From sequence record OZ374592.1: DNA of 32,000 bases. The stretch is one strand, 5' to 3'. This document shows, in pieces, positions 23,998 through 32,000 of the stretch (position 1 is its first letter; each line of letters opens with the position of its first letter). The notes under the pieces are model-generated. The model saw nothing but the letters and a program-made list of their open reading frames with translations. It ran no database searches and was not told the DNA's origin. A program made the translations under genes and the position numbers.

Positions 23998-25584
23998 TTA
24001 ATCTTCTACTTTTTCAACAACAATACATTCTGTTGTTAATACCATAGATGCAATAGATGCTGCATTTTGTAAAGCTGAACGAGTAACTTTTGCAGGATCA
24101 ATAATACCCGCTTCATACATATTAGCCAAAATACCATTATTGGCATTATAACCAAAAGCGAACTCACATTGCTTCACTTTTTCAATAACCACAGCTCCAT
24201 TCTGCCCAGCATTTTCAACAATTTTATTTAAAGGCGCAGATAAGGCTTTATAAACAATTAAAGCACCAACCAATTCCTCATTTACTAAATTATCTTTTGA
24301 CCAATGATATAAATCTTCAGATAAATGTACTAACGTAGAACCACCACCCGGAACAATACCTTCTTCAATAGCAGCTCTAGTAGCATTAATAGCGTCTTCT
24401 AATCTTAATTTTTTATCTTTCATTTCTGTTTCAGTTGCAGCACCGACCTTAATTACCGCAACTCCACCAACCAGCTTTGCTAATCTCTCTTGTAATTTTT
24501 CTTTCTCATAACTGTTAGTACTTATCTCTAACTGACGTCTAATCTGATCACATCTGGCTTTAATTTCAAGCTGATTACTATCAGCTATAATCGTAGTTGA
24601 ATCTTTAGTTACCTGTATTCTTTTTGCAGAACCAAGCTGTTCAATAGATAAATTATCAAGAGTTAGACCTAAGTCTTCAGTCACCAATTGGCCCGATGTC
24701 AATATAGCTATATCCTCTAAAAGAGCTTTTCTTCTATCACCAAAACCTGGCGCTCTAACTGCTACAACATTAATTATACCTCTTAATTTATTTATAACAA
24801 TTGTAGCCAAAGCTTCTTTTTCTACATCTTCTGCAATAATAAGTAAAGGTTTACCTGTTTTAGATACTTGTTCTAATATAGGAACTAATTCCTGCTGAAT
24901 TAAAGTAATTTTTTTATCTGTTAATAAAATATATGGATCATCGTAAACTACTTCCATTCTAGATGAATCTGTAACAAAATAAGGAGAAATAAAACCTTTT
25001 TCAAATTTCATACCTTCTTTTACGTCAAGCTGAGTGATTGTAGATTGTCCTTCTTCTAAAGAAATAACGCCTTCCTTACCCACTTCTTCAATTGCATTTG
25101 CTATCATTAGACCAATGTCTTTATCATTACCTGCAGAAATAGATGCAACCTGCGCAATATCATTAATCTCATTTACAGGACGCGAATATTCTGCTATTTT
25201 TGCTACAACAAATTTTACTGCCTTTTCAACGCCTTTTTTTAAAACCATCGGATTTGCACCTGCTGCTACATTTCTTAAACCTTGTTTTACCATTGCATGT
25301 GCTAATACTGTAGCAGTTGTAGTTCCATCTCCAGCTACATCATTGGTTTTAGATGCTGCTTGTCTAATAAGAGCAACACCTGTATTTTGAATAAAATCCT
25401 TTAACTCTATTTCTTTAGCGATAGTAACACCATCATTAACTATTTGAGGAGAACCAAACTTTCTTTCTAAAACCACATTACGCCCCCTAGGACCTAATGT
25501 AACTGAAACTGCCTCAGCAAGAATATCCATCCCTTTTTCTAAAGCCTTGCGAGCATTATCTTGATATAGTATAGTCTTACTCAT
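23998..25584 (-). CDS. groEL: Chaperonin GroEL (Cpn60)
   Basis: The sequence contains [40 protein letters not shown]...[13 protein letters not shown] start at ATG 25584 rather than the track's TTG at 25590. Confidence 0.97.
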   Translation of the reverse strand: MSKTILYQDNARKALEKGMDILAEAVSVTLGPRGRNVVLERKFGSPQIVNDGVTIAKEIELKDFIQNTGVALIRQAASKTNDVAGDGTTTATVLAHAMVKQGLRNVAAGANPMVLKKGVEKAVKFVVAKIAEYSRPVNEINDIAQVASISAGNDKDIGLMIANAIEEVGKEGVISLEEGQSTITQLDVKEGMKFEKGFISPYFVTDSSRMEVVYDDPYILLTDKKITLIQQELVPILEQVSKTGKPLLIIAEDVEKEALATIVINKLRGIINVVAVRAPGFGDRRKALLEDIAILTSGQLVTEDLGLTLDNLSIEQLGSAKRIQVTKDSTTIIADSNQLEIKARCDQIRRQLEISTNSYEKEKLQERLAKLVGGVAVIKVGAATETEMKDKKLRLEDAINATRAAIEEGIVPGGGSTLVHLSEDLYHWSKDNLVNEELVGALIVYKALSAPLNKIVENAGQNGAVVIEKVKQCEFAFGYNANNGILANMYEAGIIDPAKVTRSALQNAASIASMVLTTECIVVEKVED

Positions 25585-25671
25585 AAACAAAAAATTTCCT
25601 AAAATATAAACAAATAAAATATATGAAAATAAGTTTTTTTAATACAAAAATGATATACTAGCTGTCAGTAA

Positions 25672-25745
25672 GGGCTTGTAGCTCAGTGGATTAGAGCACG
25701 TGGCTACGAACTACGGTGTCGGGGGTTCGAATCCCTCCTTGCCCG
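25672..25745 (+). tRNA. trnR: tRNA-Arg(ACG)
   Basis: GGGCTTGTAGCTCAGTGGATTAGAGCACGTGGCTACGAACTACGGTGTCGGGGGTTCGAATCCCTCCTTGCCCG, 74 nt. The anticodon loop is CTACGAA. D, anticodon and T arms fold well. My fold shows two U-U oppositions in the acceptor stem. Confidence 0.85.
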
Positions 25746-25805
25746 ATATAATCAAGCATCATTTCTTATAATTAAATTCTTAAGTGAATAAAAAGGTGAA
25801 TAGCT

Positions 25806-27074
25806 ATGCAACCGCTACGAGGAACTAAAGATATATTGCCAAATGAAATTATTTTTTGGCAATATCTATATAATCAAGCTTTAAATATATTATCTTTATC
25901 AAATTACCAAGAAATGCGTACCCCTATACTAGAATCTACTCCATTATTCAAAAGAAGTATAGGCAATGGTACAGATATAGTCAATAAAGAAATGTATAAC
26001 TTTATTGATCAAGGTTCAAGGGAAGTCACATTAAGACCTGAAGGGACCGCAAGCATTGCAAGAGCATTTATTAGTAATAAACTCTATTTAGACAATAGAA
26101 TACAACGATTATGGTATTTAGGGCCCATGTTTAGGTATGAACGGCCACAAAGTGGCAGACAAAGACAATTTCATCAATTAGGCATAGAATGCATAGGTAG
26201 CACAAATCCTATGGCAGATACTGAAGTTATTCGTTTAGCAATAAAAATTTTAAGACAATTACGATGTGTCGATTTTCAACTTGAAATTAATTCCATTGGA
26301 AATTTAGAAGAACGTAATAAATACACAAATGAATTAACTAATTACTTATCTAAATATAAAAAAGAATTAGACATTGATTCACAAAAAAAACTGGAAATAA
26401 ATCCTTTAAAAATATTAGACAGTAAAAATAATAAAACACAAGAAATTATATATAATGGTCCTCGCTTAATCCATTACCTAAATAAAGAATCAAAAGAGCA
26501 TTTTGATCAAGTATGCGAACATCTAATCAACTTAAATATAGAATATATCATTAATTATAACTTAGTTCGTGGTTTAGACTATTACAATTATACTGCTTTT
26601 GAAGTAAAAACTAAGTCATTGGGTAGTCAGAATACAATTTGTGGTGGTGGAAGATATGATTCCTTAATTCAACAACTTGGTGGACCAGATACACCTTCTG
26701 TAGGTTGGGCAATAGGAGTAGAAAGATTATTGTTACTCGTACAAAATGATTTACAACTCAAAGTAAATCAACCACAAGCATATCTAGCAACACAAGGAAA
26801 GAAAGCTGAAAAAAAAATCTGGGAAATTATATTTTTACTAGAAAAATACAATATCAATTTTGAATTAGATCTAAATTGTAATAACTTCAAAAAGCAATTA
26901 AAAAAAGCTAGTAAATCAGGTGCTTTAGTATGTATAATCTTAGGAGAAAATGAAATGATAAATAATGAAATAACTATAAAATGGCTACATCAAAAATTCC
27001 AAGAAACTGTAAAGTTTGAAAACTTATATCAAACTTTAATACAATTAATATCAACAGAAAAAGCTCTAGCTTGA
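25806..27074 (+). CDS. hisS: Histidine--tRNA ligase
   Basis: The 422-aa ORF starts MQPLRGTKDILPNEIIFWQ. It contains ...LRPEGTASIARA...RLWYLGPMFRYERPQSGRQRQFHQLGIE...GGGRYD, the class II HisRS motifs. Confidence 0.93.
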   Translation: MQPLRGTKDILPNEIIFWQYLYNQALNILSLSNYQEMRTPILESTPLFKRSIGNGTDIVNKEMYNFIDQGSREVTLRPEGTASIARAFISNKLYLDNRIQRLWYLGPMFRYERPQSGRQRQFHQLGIECIGSTNPMADTEVIRLAIKILRQLRCVDFQLEINSIGNLEERNKYTNELTNYLSKYKKELDIDSQKKLEINPLKILDSKNNKTQEIIYNGPRLIHYLNKESKEHFDQVCEHLINLNIEYIINYNLVRGLDYYNYTAFEVKTKSLGSQNTICGGGRYDSLIQQLGGPDTPSVGWAIGVERLLLLVQNDLQLKVNQPQAYLATQGKKAEKKIWEIIFLLEKYNINFELDLNCNNFKKQLKKASKSGALVCIILGENEMINNEITIKWLHQKFQETVKFENLYQTLIQLISTEKALA

Positions 27075-27115
27075 CAAAACTATATTATAGATTTACATTA
27101 TGATGATAGAGATAT

Positions 27116-27187
27116 TGGGGTGTAGCCAAGCGGTAAGGCAGCGGACTTTGACTCCGCCATTCGCAGGTTCGAATCCTCCCACCCCAG
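27116..27187 (+). tRNA. trnQ: tRNA-Gln(UUG)
   Basis: TGGGGTGTAGCCAAGCGGTAAGGCAGCGGACTTTGACTCCGCCATTCGCAGGTTCGAATCCTCCCACCCCAG, 72 nt. It has a U1-A72 pair and the anticodon loop CTTTGAC. My fold shows one C-C opposition in the T stem. Confidence 0.88.
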
Positions 27188-27357
27188 TCAAACATAAATT
27201 CGAAGAAAATAAAATAAAATCAACAAATTATTTCATCTATGTCTAATTTATAAATTATAATATTGATTGCAACATATTATAATTTAACAAACAAGATACT
27301 AAAATATCAGCATCAAAATTATATATAATAATATTTATAAATTTTAGATTACAAAAA

Positions 27358-27699
27358 ATGGCCACTATTCAATTTATTCAAGGTGTTTACGAAACAGTTG
27401 TACCTCATGTTAAATTAACAAGATCTCGAGATGGTAGTACAGGAACAGCAACTTTCCGATTTAGTGAACCTGATATTTTCAAACCTGATATGGAACAAAA
27501 AGGTGATATTACAGGAATGTACTTAGAAGATGAAGAAGGCAAAATAATTACAAAAGAAGTAAATGCTAAATTTATTAACGGTAAACCACAAGCAATAGAA
27601 GCAATATATATTATAAAAAGTCCAAAAGATTGGGATAGATTTATGCGTTTTATGGAAAGATACGCCAATATAAATGAATTATATTTCACTAAATCATAA
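27358..27699 (+). CDS. psb28: Photosystem II assembly protein Psb28 (ycf79; called psbW in older red-algal annotations)
   Basis: The 113-aa ORF starts [35 protein letters not shown] and contains ...[12 protein letters not shown], the Psb28 pattern. Confidence 0.9.
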   Translation: MATIQFIQGVYETVVPHVKLTRSRDGSTGTATFRFSEPDIFKPDMEQKGDITGMYLEDEEGKIITKEVNAKFINGKPQAIEAIYIIKSPKDWDRFMRFMERYANINELYFTKS

Positions 27700-27781
27700 A
27701 ATAACTTACAAGTAATATAAAAATCAAATATATTTATTTCGAATATTTAATAAATATTAATTGTCAAAATAACATAACAAT

Positions 27782-29908
27782 ATGAAATTTTCTTGGAAAT
27801 GGCTCAATGAAATAATAGATTTACACAATATACCTGTACATGAAATAAGTAACAAATTAACGTTAGCTGGCTTTGAAATAGAAGAGGTCATCAATAAAGA
27901 TAATATTGAAGACAAAACAATTAATATTGATATTACAAGTAATAGAGCTGATGTCAACAGCATGGTAGGGTTAGCTAGAGAAATTGGCAGTATTTTCAAT
28001 ATAACCTTACCAGATAATAAAATAAATCAACAACAAAACTCTGAAATCTACATCTATTCTAATATTTATAATCTTGAAAAAAATAATTTATTATCCCAAT
28101 ATATGTTAGATATTAGATTTCACACTATTCAAAACTTAATAACAACAGAATCACCTTTATGGCTAAAAAACTATCTTAATGGGTGTGATATAGAATCCAC
28201 ATATCTACTAAATGATTTAATAAGATATATTAATATAAAATGGGGACAAGATATTGAAATTTTTGATTTAAATAAGATTACAGATAATATTAATCAGAAT
28301 TTAACATTAGAATTCAAACGAATAGACTCTAAATTATATACTGATGATTTATCTGATTTTAAAGAATCAAATATTATCCCTATAATTGATGTAATAAAAT
28401 ATAATGATAAAATAATATCTATAATGGGCTTAGAATCCAACACTAAATTTTATTGTGACAATAATACATCTTCAATTATAATAATGGGTAAGATATATAA
28501 TCCTAACATACTTAAAAATATAACAACAGGGAATAATATAAAAACAGAAATATCTAATAAACATATAAAAGGAATATCTAGAAATGATTTTATATCTGCA
28601 TATGAAGAAATAAATAAAATAATAATGGATTTACATGAATGTGAACTGGGTACATTATTCACATACAATCAGCCCCAAAAACCTAATAAAATAATAGAAA
28701 TCAAAAAACAAGATATTGATAAAATACTTGGACCTTGTAATAAAGAAAAAAATACCTATATAAATAAAAACGAAATTATAAAAATATTAAACCAACTTCA
28801 TTTTAATCCAAAATATAGTGAAAATAAATTTTCAGTAAAAATACCTGAATACAGAAAGCAAGACCTTATAAGATCTGTTGATATTATTGAAGAAATAGCA
28901 AGAATTTATGGTTTTGATAAATTTTCAGATAAATTACCAAAATATGAAAAAACAGGTCATATTTCAGAAAATATTAAAATAATACAAAAAATTCGTCAAA
29001 TATTTAGAAATGCTGGTTTACATGAAGTTATACACTATTCACTAGACAATAAGTATAAAAAAATTTCAGAAAAAGATAGCCCAATTAAATTATATAATCC
29101 ATTACTTGAAGATCAATCTCAACTAAAAACCAGCTTAATTCCGCATTTAATTGATGCTAGTATATACAATTATAAACAGAAAAACTTGTACTCTGAATGT
29201 TTTGAAATAGGAAAAATTTTTAAAGAAAATATACATAAAAAAACTGAAAATTTAGCTGTTGCTGGGATTATAGGTAACCCTAATTTCTCTAGATACTTGT
29301 GGTCAAAAAAAAGTCAAAGCCTAAATTGGTACCAGGCAAAAGGATTCTTAGAAGAATTTTTTGAAAAAATAAATTGCAATATTAAATGGTGTGAACCAAA
29401 GAGTATAAATCATAATATAATAAATCAAGAGTGGCTTCAATTCTGTCATCCATATCGTCTAGCTATAATAGCAAATAAAAATAATCCAAATGAAGTAGTA
29501 GGGATATTTAGTCAAATAAATACAAAATTGAAATATGCAATAGGAATAAATCATGAACTATATATATTTGAACTTAATATCAATAATCTAATAAACAGCA
29601 ACACAAAAATCAAGCACTTGAATTATAGTTTTAATATTTATTCAAATTACCCTAGTGTCACTAGAGATATTTCTCTAATCTTAAATAAAAAGCAAAGTAT
29701 AAATTCTATCATAGACTATATCTTTTCAACTAATAACCCACTCATTGAGTCTGTACAAATGATTCATGAATATAAAAGTATAAATCAAAAAAAAGAAAAT
29801 AGAACCGTTAGTTTTCGCATAACTTATCGGTCAAATATTAGAACTTTAAATGATACAGATATTCAAAAAATCAATACAGAAATTGACAATTTACTAAAAA
29901 CACAATAA
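27782..29908 (+). CDS. pheT: Phenylalanine--tRNA ligase beta subunit
   Basis: The 708-aa ORF starts MKFSWKWLNEIIDL (PheT is typically MKxSxxWLxe). It contains ...ITSNRADVNSMVGLAREIG...DLIRSVDIIEEIARIYGFD...YPSVTRDISL. These are the B3/4, B5 and anticodon-binding-like C-terminal signatures. Confidence 0.88.
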   Translation: MKFSWKWLNEIIDLHNIPVHEISNKLTLAGFEIEEVINKDNIEDKTINIDITSNRADVNSMVGLAREIGSIFNITLPDNKINQQQNSEIYIYSNIYNLEKNNLLSQYMLDIRFHTIQNLITTESPLWLKNYLNGCDIESTYLLNDLIRYINIKWGQDIEIFDLNKITDNINQNLTLEFKRIDSKLYTDDLSDFKESNIIPIIDVIKYNDKIISIMGLESNTKFYCDNNTSSIIIMGKIYNPNILKNITTGNNIKTEISNKHIKGISRNDFISAYEEINKIIMDLHECELGTLFTYNQPQKPNKIIEIKKQDIDKILGPCNKEKNTYINKNEIIKILNQLHFNPKYSENKFSVKIPEYRKQDLIRSVDIIEEIARIYGFDKFSDKLPKYEKTGHISENIKIIQKIRQIFRNAGLHEVIHYSLDNKYKKISEKDSPIKLYNPLLEDQSQLKTSLIPHLIDASIYNYKQKNLYSECFEIGKIFKENIHKKTENLAVAGIIGNPNFSRYLWSKKSQSLNWYQAKGFLEEFFEKINCNIKWCEPKSINHNIINQEWLQFCHPYRLAIIANKNNPNEVVGIFSQINTKLKYAIGINHELYIFELNINNLINSNTKIKHLNYSFNIYSNYPSVTRDISLILNKKQSINSIIDYIFSTNNPLIESVQMIHEYKSINQKKENRTVSFRITYRSNIRTLNDTDIQKINTEIDNLLKTQ

Positions 29909-29920
29909 ATTTTTTATTAT

Positions 29921-30317
29921 AGAGTAAGTCATAAGCCGGGTTCTGTTCTTAATTTGTATAAAATTATAATACAAAAAGGGCAGTTATTGATCTAAAGTTT
30001 GTTATTTTATTAACGTCACTTTTTGCAGTATTAATAAATTATATATAAAAAGTTATAATAATAAATAGTATTATTATATACAAGAATTACCTTACTCTTG
30101 ATATGGGGTTTACCTAGCTAATACTTTAATAATATTACTGGTACGCTCTTACCGTACCTTTGCACCCTTACTTATTAATTGTATAATAAGCGGTTTATTT
30201 CTGTGGCACTTTCCTCGTAGTTACCTACACTATTTTTTATATAGCTATATTAATCTAAATAGAGACCGGACTTTCCTCAAATTTGTAAAAAAATTTGTAA
30301 CTACCTGTGCTTACTCT
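29921..30317 (-). ncRNA. rnpB: RNase P RNA (bacterial type A-like core, AU-rich peripheral regions)
   Basis: The reverse strand carries three conserved cores in the correct 5'-to-3' order. GAGGAAAGTCCGGTCTC is near 30265-30281. TAAGGGTGCAAAGGTACGGTAAGAGCGTACC is near 30141-30171. ACAGAACCCGGCTTAT is near 29930-29945. The terminal P1 pairing is AGAGTAAG (30317-30310) with CTTACTCT (29928-29921). Confidence 0.85.
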
Positions 30318-30413
30318 ATATTGATATCATACTATAGCAAACTAAGAAAAAATTCATAATATTACTATATATATTTATTAAAAATAATAAAATATAAACA
30401 ATAATAGAATTAT

Positions 30414-31199
30414 ATGCAAATAAAAAATAATTTTACCAACTATGATTTTGCATCTATGCTGAATCAATATAACTACAATTTGCATCCTGGTGATATCGTT
30501 GCTGGAACAATTTTTAGTCAAGAATGCAAAGGTTTTCTTGTAGATATTGGGGCAAATATAGCTGGATATTTACCGATGGAAGAAATAGGACTATCCATAA
30601 ATATATACAATGAAGATATACAATACTTAAATAATGAAACCAGGGAATTTTTTATTCTTGCTTATAATAGACAATCTCAACAATTACTATTATCAATCAA
30701 AAGACTAGAATATATAAGAGCATGGAAAAGAATTAAACAAATTGAAAATGAAGATATTATACTTTATTTAGATATAGACAGGGTCAATAAAGGAGGTATA
30801 TTAGCTATGGTTGAAGGCCTACAAGGATTTATTCCAAATTCACATTTAAGTAGTGAAAAATATGAACAGAGAAATCTCAAATGCAAAATATTATTCTCCG
30901 ATGAAAAAATTAATAAACTCATTTTAAGCAATAAAAAAGCTATTCTAGACATTTTTACTAAAAAGTTTAAAATAGGTGAAATAGTTCATGGCCAAATTAT
31001 CAAAATTGAAAAATATGGCGTATTCATAGAAATATACGGTATTCATGCATTATTACATATATCTGAAATAGGATATAAAAAAATTAAAGACATCAATAAT
31101 ATTTTTAGTATTGGTGATTATATACAAGTCAAAATTATACATATAGATATGGAACAAGCTCGGCTATCTGTATCAAGAAGAAAGATTAATAAATATTAA
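30414..31199 (+). CDS. rps1: 30S ribosomal protein S1 (short plastid form, three S1-like repeats)
   Basis: The 261-aa ORF has repeated S1 motifs (GDIVAGTIFSQECKGFLVDIGANIAGYLP; GGILAMVEGLQGFIPNSHL; GEIVHGQIIKIEKYGVFIEIYGIHALLHISEI). Confidence 0.85.
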   Translation: MQIKNNFTNYDFASMLNQYNYNLHPGDIVAGTIFSQECKGFLVDIGANIAGYLPMEEIGLSINIYNEDIQYLNNETREFFILAYNRQSQQLLLSIKRLEYIRAWKRIKQIENEDIILYLDIDRVNKGGILAMVEGLQGFIPNSHLSSEKYEQRNLKCKILFSDEKINKLILSNKKAILDIFTKKFKIGEIVHGQIIKIEKYGVFIEIYGIHALLHISEIGYKKIKDINNIFSIGDYIQVKIIHIDMEQARLSVSRRKINKY

Positions 31200-31408
31200 C
31201 CTCCACCAACAATTGTTATGATCTCTAATTTATCTTGATCTTTTACATAAATATTCTGAAAATGATCATTACCGATAATAATATTATTATACTCAACAAC
31301 TATTCGATTAATATCAAAATTAAAATATAATAATAATTGCTTTAAAGACATTAGATTACAGCAATTAAATGCTTCACCATTAATAAAAATAGTATTATAA
31401 TTGTTCAT
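31196..31408 (-). CDS. thiS: Sulfur-carrier protein ThiS (ycf40)
   Basis: The 70-aa ORF starts IFINGEAF and ends ...DKLEIITIVGGG. It has the ubiquitin-like fold pattern and the obligatory C-terminal Gly-Gly. Confidence 0.8.
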   Translation of the reverse strand: MNNYNTIFINGEAFNCCNLMSLKQLLLYFNFDINRIVVEYNNIIIGNDHFQNIYVKDQDKLEIITIVGGG

Positions 31409-31476
31409 AACTTAATTCTCAATAAAAACTAGACGCAAATAAAAAAAAATATTATAATAGTAATTATATATAAAAT

Positions 31477-31550
31477 GGCGGGTGTGGCCAAGGGGTTAAG
31501 GCAATGGATTGTGGCTCCATCATTCGCGGGTTCGATTCCCGTCATTCGCC
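31477..31550 (+). tRNA. trnH: tRNA-His(GUG) with encoded G-1
   Basis: G-GCGGGTG-TG-GCCAAGGGGTTAAGGC-A-ATGGA-TTGTGGC-TCCAT-CATTC-GCGGG-TTCGATT-CCCGT-CATTCGC-C, 74 nt. The extra 5' G opposite discriminator C is the His identity feature. Confidence 0.9.
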
Positions 31551-32000
31551 CTCAATAAATTGTATATCCTCTTTAATTGCAAATTGCGCTAATTCTGTTC
31601 TATTTCGAGTAGAGGTTTTATTTAATAAACGACTGACATATTTTTCCACATTACGTATACTAACTTTTAAATTTTGTGCTATCTCTTTATTTCTATAGCC
31701 CTTTACAACTAATTGTAAAATAGTTAATTCTCTATAAGTTAAATTAAATGGATTTAATGTACGATTAAGTATCGTATTTTTTTCTATCTTATCTTGTGGT
31801 ATGATATGAAGTAAATCCATATTTTTAAATACATTTTTGATAATAGAAACAAGCTCATTAGGGGCAAATGGTTTAGTAAGATAAGCATTACAACCTAAAT
31901 CATAACCTTTAATTCTATCTTCTGTCATACCTTTAGCTGTTAGAAAAATGAAAGGTATATCAAAAAAATCATTATCCAAACGTACCATATCAATAAAATC
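31542..32000 (-). CDS. ycf29: NarL/LuxR-type response regulator (ycf29), N-terminus outside the window
   Basis: The C-terminal LuxR-type HTH reads LTYRELTILQLVVKGYRNKEIAQNLKVSIRNVEKYVSRLLNKTSTRNRTELAQFAI. The receiver-domain end reads IPFIFLTAKG...GYDLGCNAYLTKPFAPNEL. The frame stays open to position 32000, so the track's M at 31988 is internal. Confidence 0.85.
   Translation of the reverse strand, partial: DFIDMVRLDNDFFDIPFIFLTAKGMTEDRIKGYDLGCNAYLTKPFAPNELVSIIKNVFKNMDLLHIIPQDKIEKNTILNRTLNPFNLTYRELTILQLVVKGYRNKEIAQNLKVSIRNVEKYVSRLLNKTSTRNRTELAQFAIKEDIQFIEGE

Noticed and set aside
25034-25390. 118-aa ORF antisense to groEL
   Set aside because: It is a shadow frame of a strongly conserved gene. 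The Ala/Ser/Thr-rich product is typical of antisense GroEL frames.
25585-25590. TTG-initiated 2-codon extension of groEL
   Set aside because: An ATG at 25584 gives the canonical MSKTILY start, so the upstream TTG is unnecessary.
27757-27999. Hydrophobic 80-aa minus-strand ORF that looks like a small membrane protein
   Set aside because: It is antisense to the conserved N-terminus of pheT. The hydrophobicity follows from reading AT-rich Lys/Asn/Ile codons backwards (Leu/Ile/Phe).
31504-31698. 64-aa plus-strand ORF
   Set aside because: It starts inside tRNA-His and runs antisense through the ycf29 HTH region, so it is spurious.

Overview
This window looks like an ordinary, very AT-rich, gene-dense piece of a red-algal (Rhodophyta-type) plastid genome; I cannot name the species. 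The lineage call rests on plastid-encoded trpG, thiG/thiS, hisS, pheT, rne, rnpB, upp-like, rbcR, ycf27 and ycf29 sitting next to psbA/psbD/psbC.

I can support 32 protein genes, two of them cut by the window edges. There is one complete minus-strand rRNA operon (16S-trnI-trnA-23S-5S) and five further tRNAs. There is also an RNase P RNA gene (rnpB), found from its conserved core motifs, and two small genes missing from the ORF track (psbY, rpl32). Several perfect 3' stem-loops and two sigma70-like promoter candidates are listed with lower confidence.

I found no CRISPR array, mobile element, defence-type cluster or foreign-composition island. I see no convincing evidence for a new multi-gene system here.

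The items most worth a second look:
- A truncated RNase Z-like ORF that has lost its HxHxDH metal motif.
- A UPRT-like ORF lacking both the PRPP and uracil motifs.
- A 165-codon orphan ORF between ycf65 and groEL.
- Forced non-ATG starts in ycf27 and ycf65, and ACG at the canonical start position of psbC.
- Small antisense overlaps between convergent genes.

All homology statements come from by-eye comparison with remembered family consensus sequences. No search was run.
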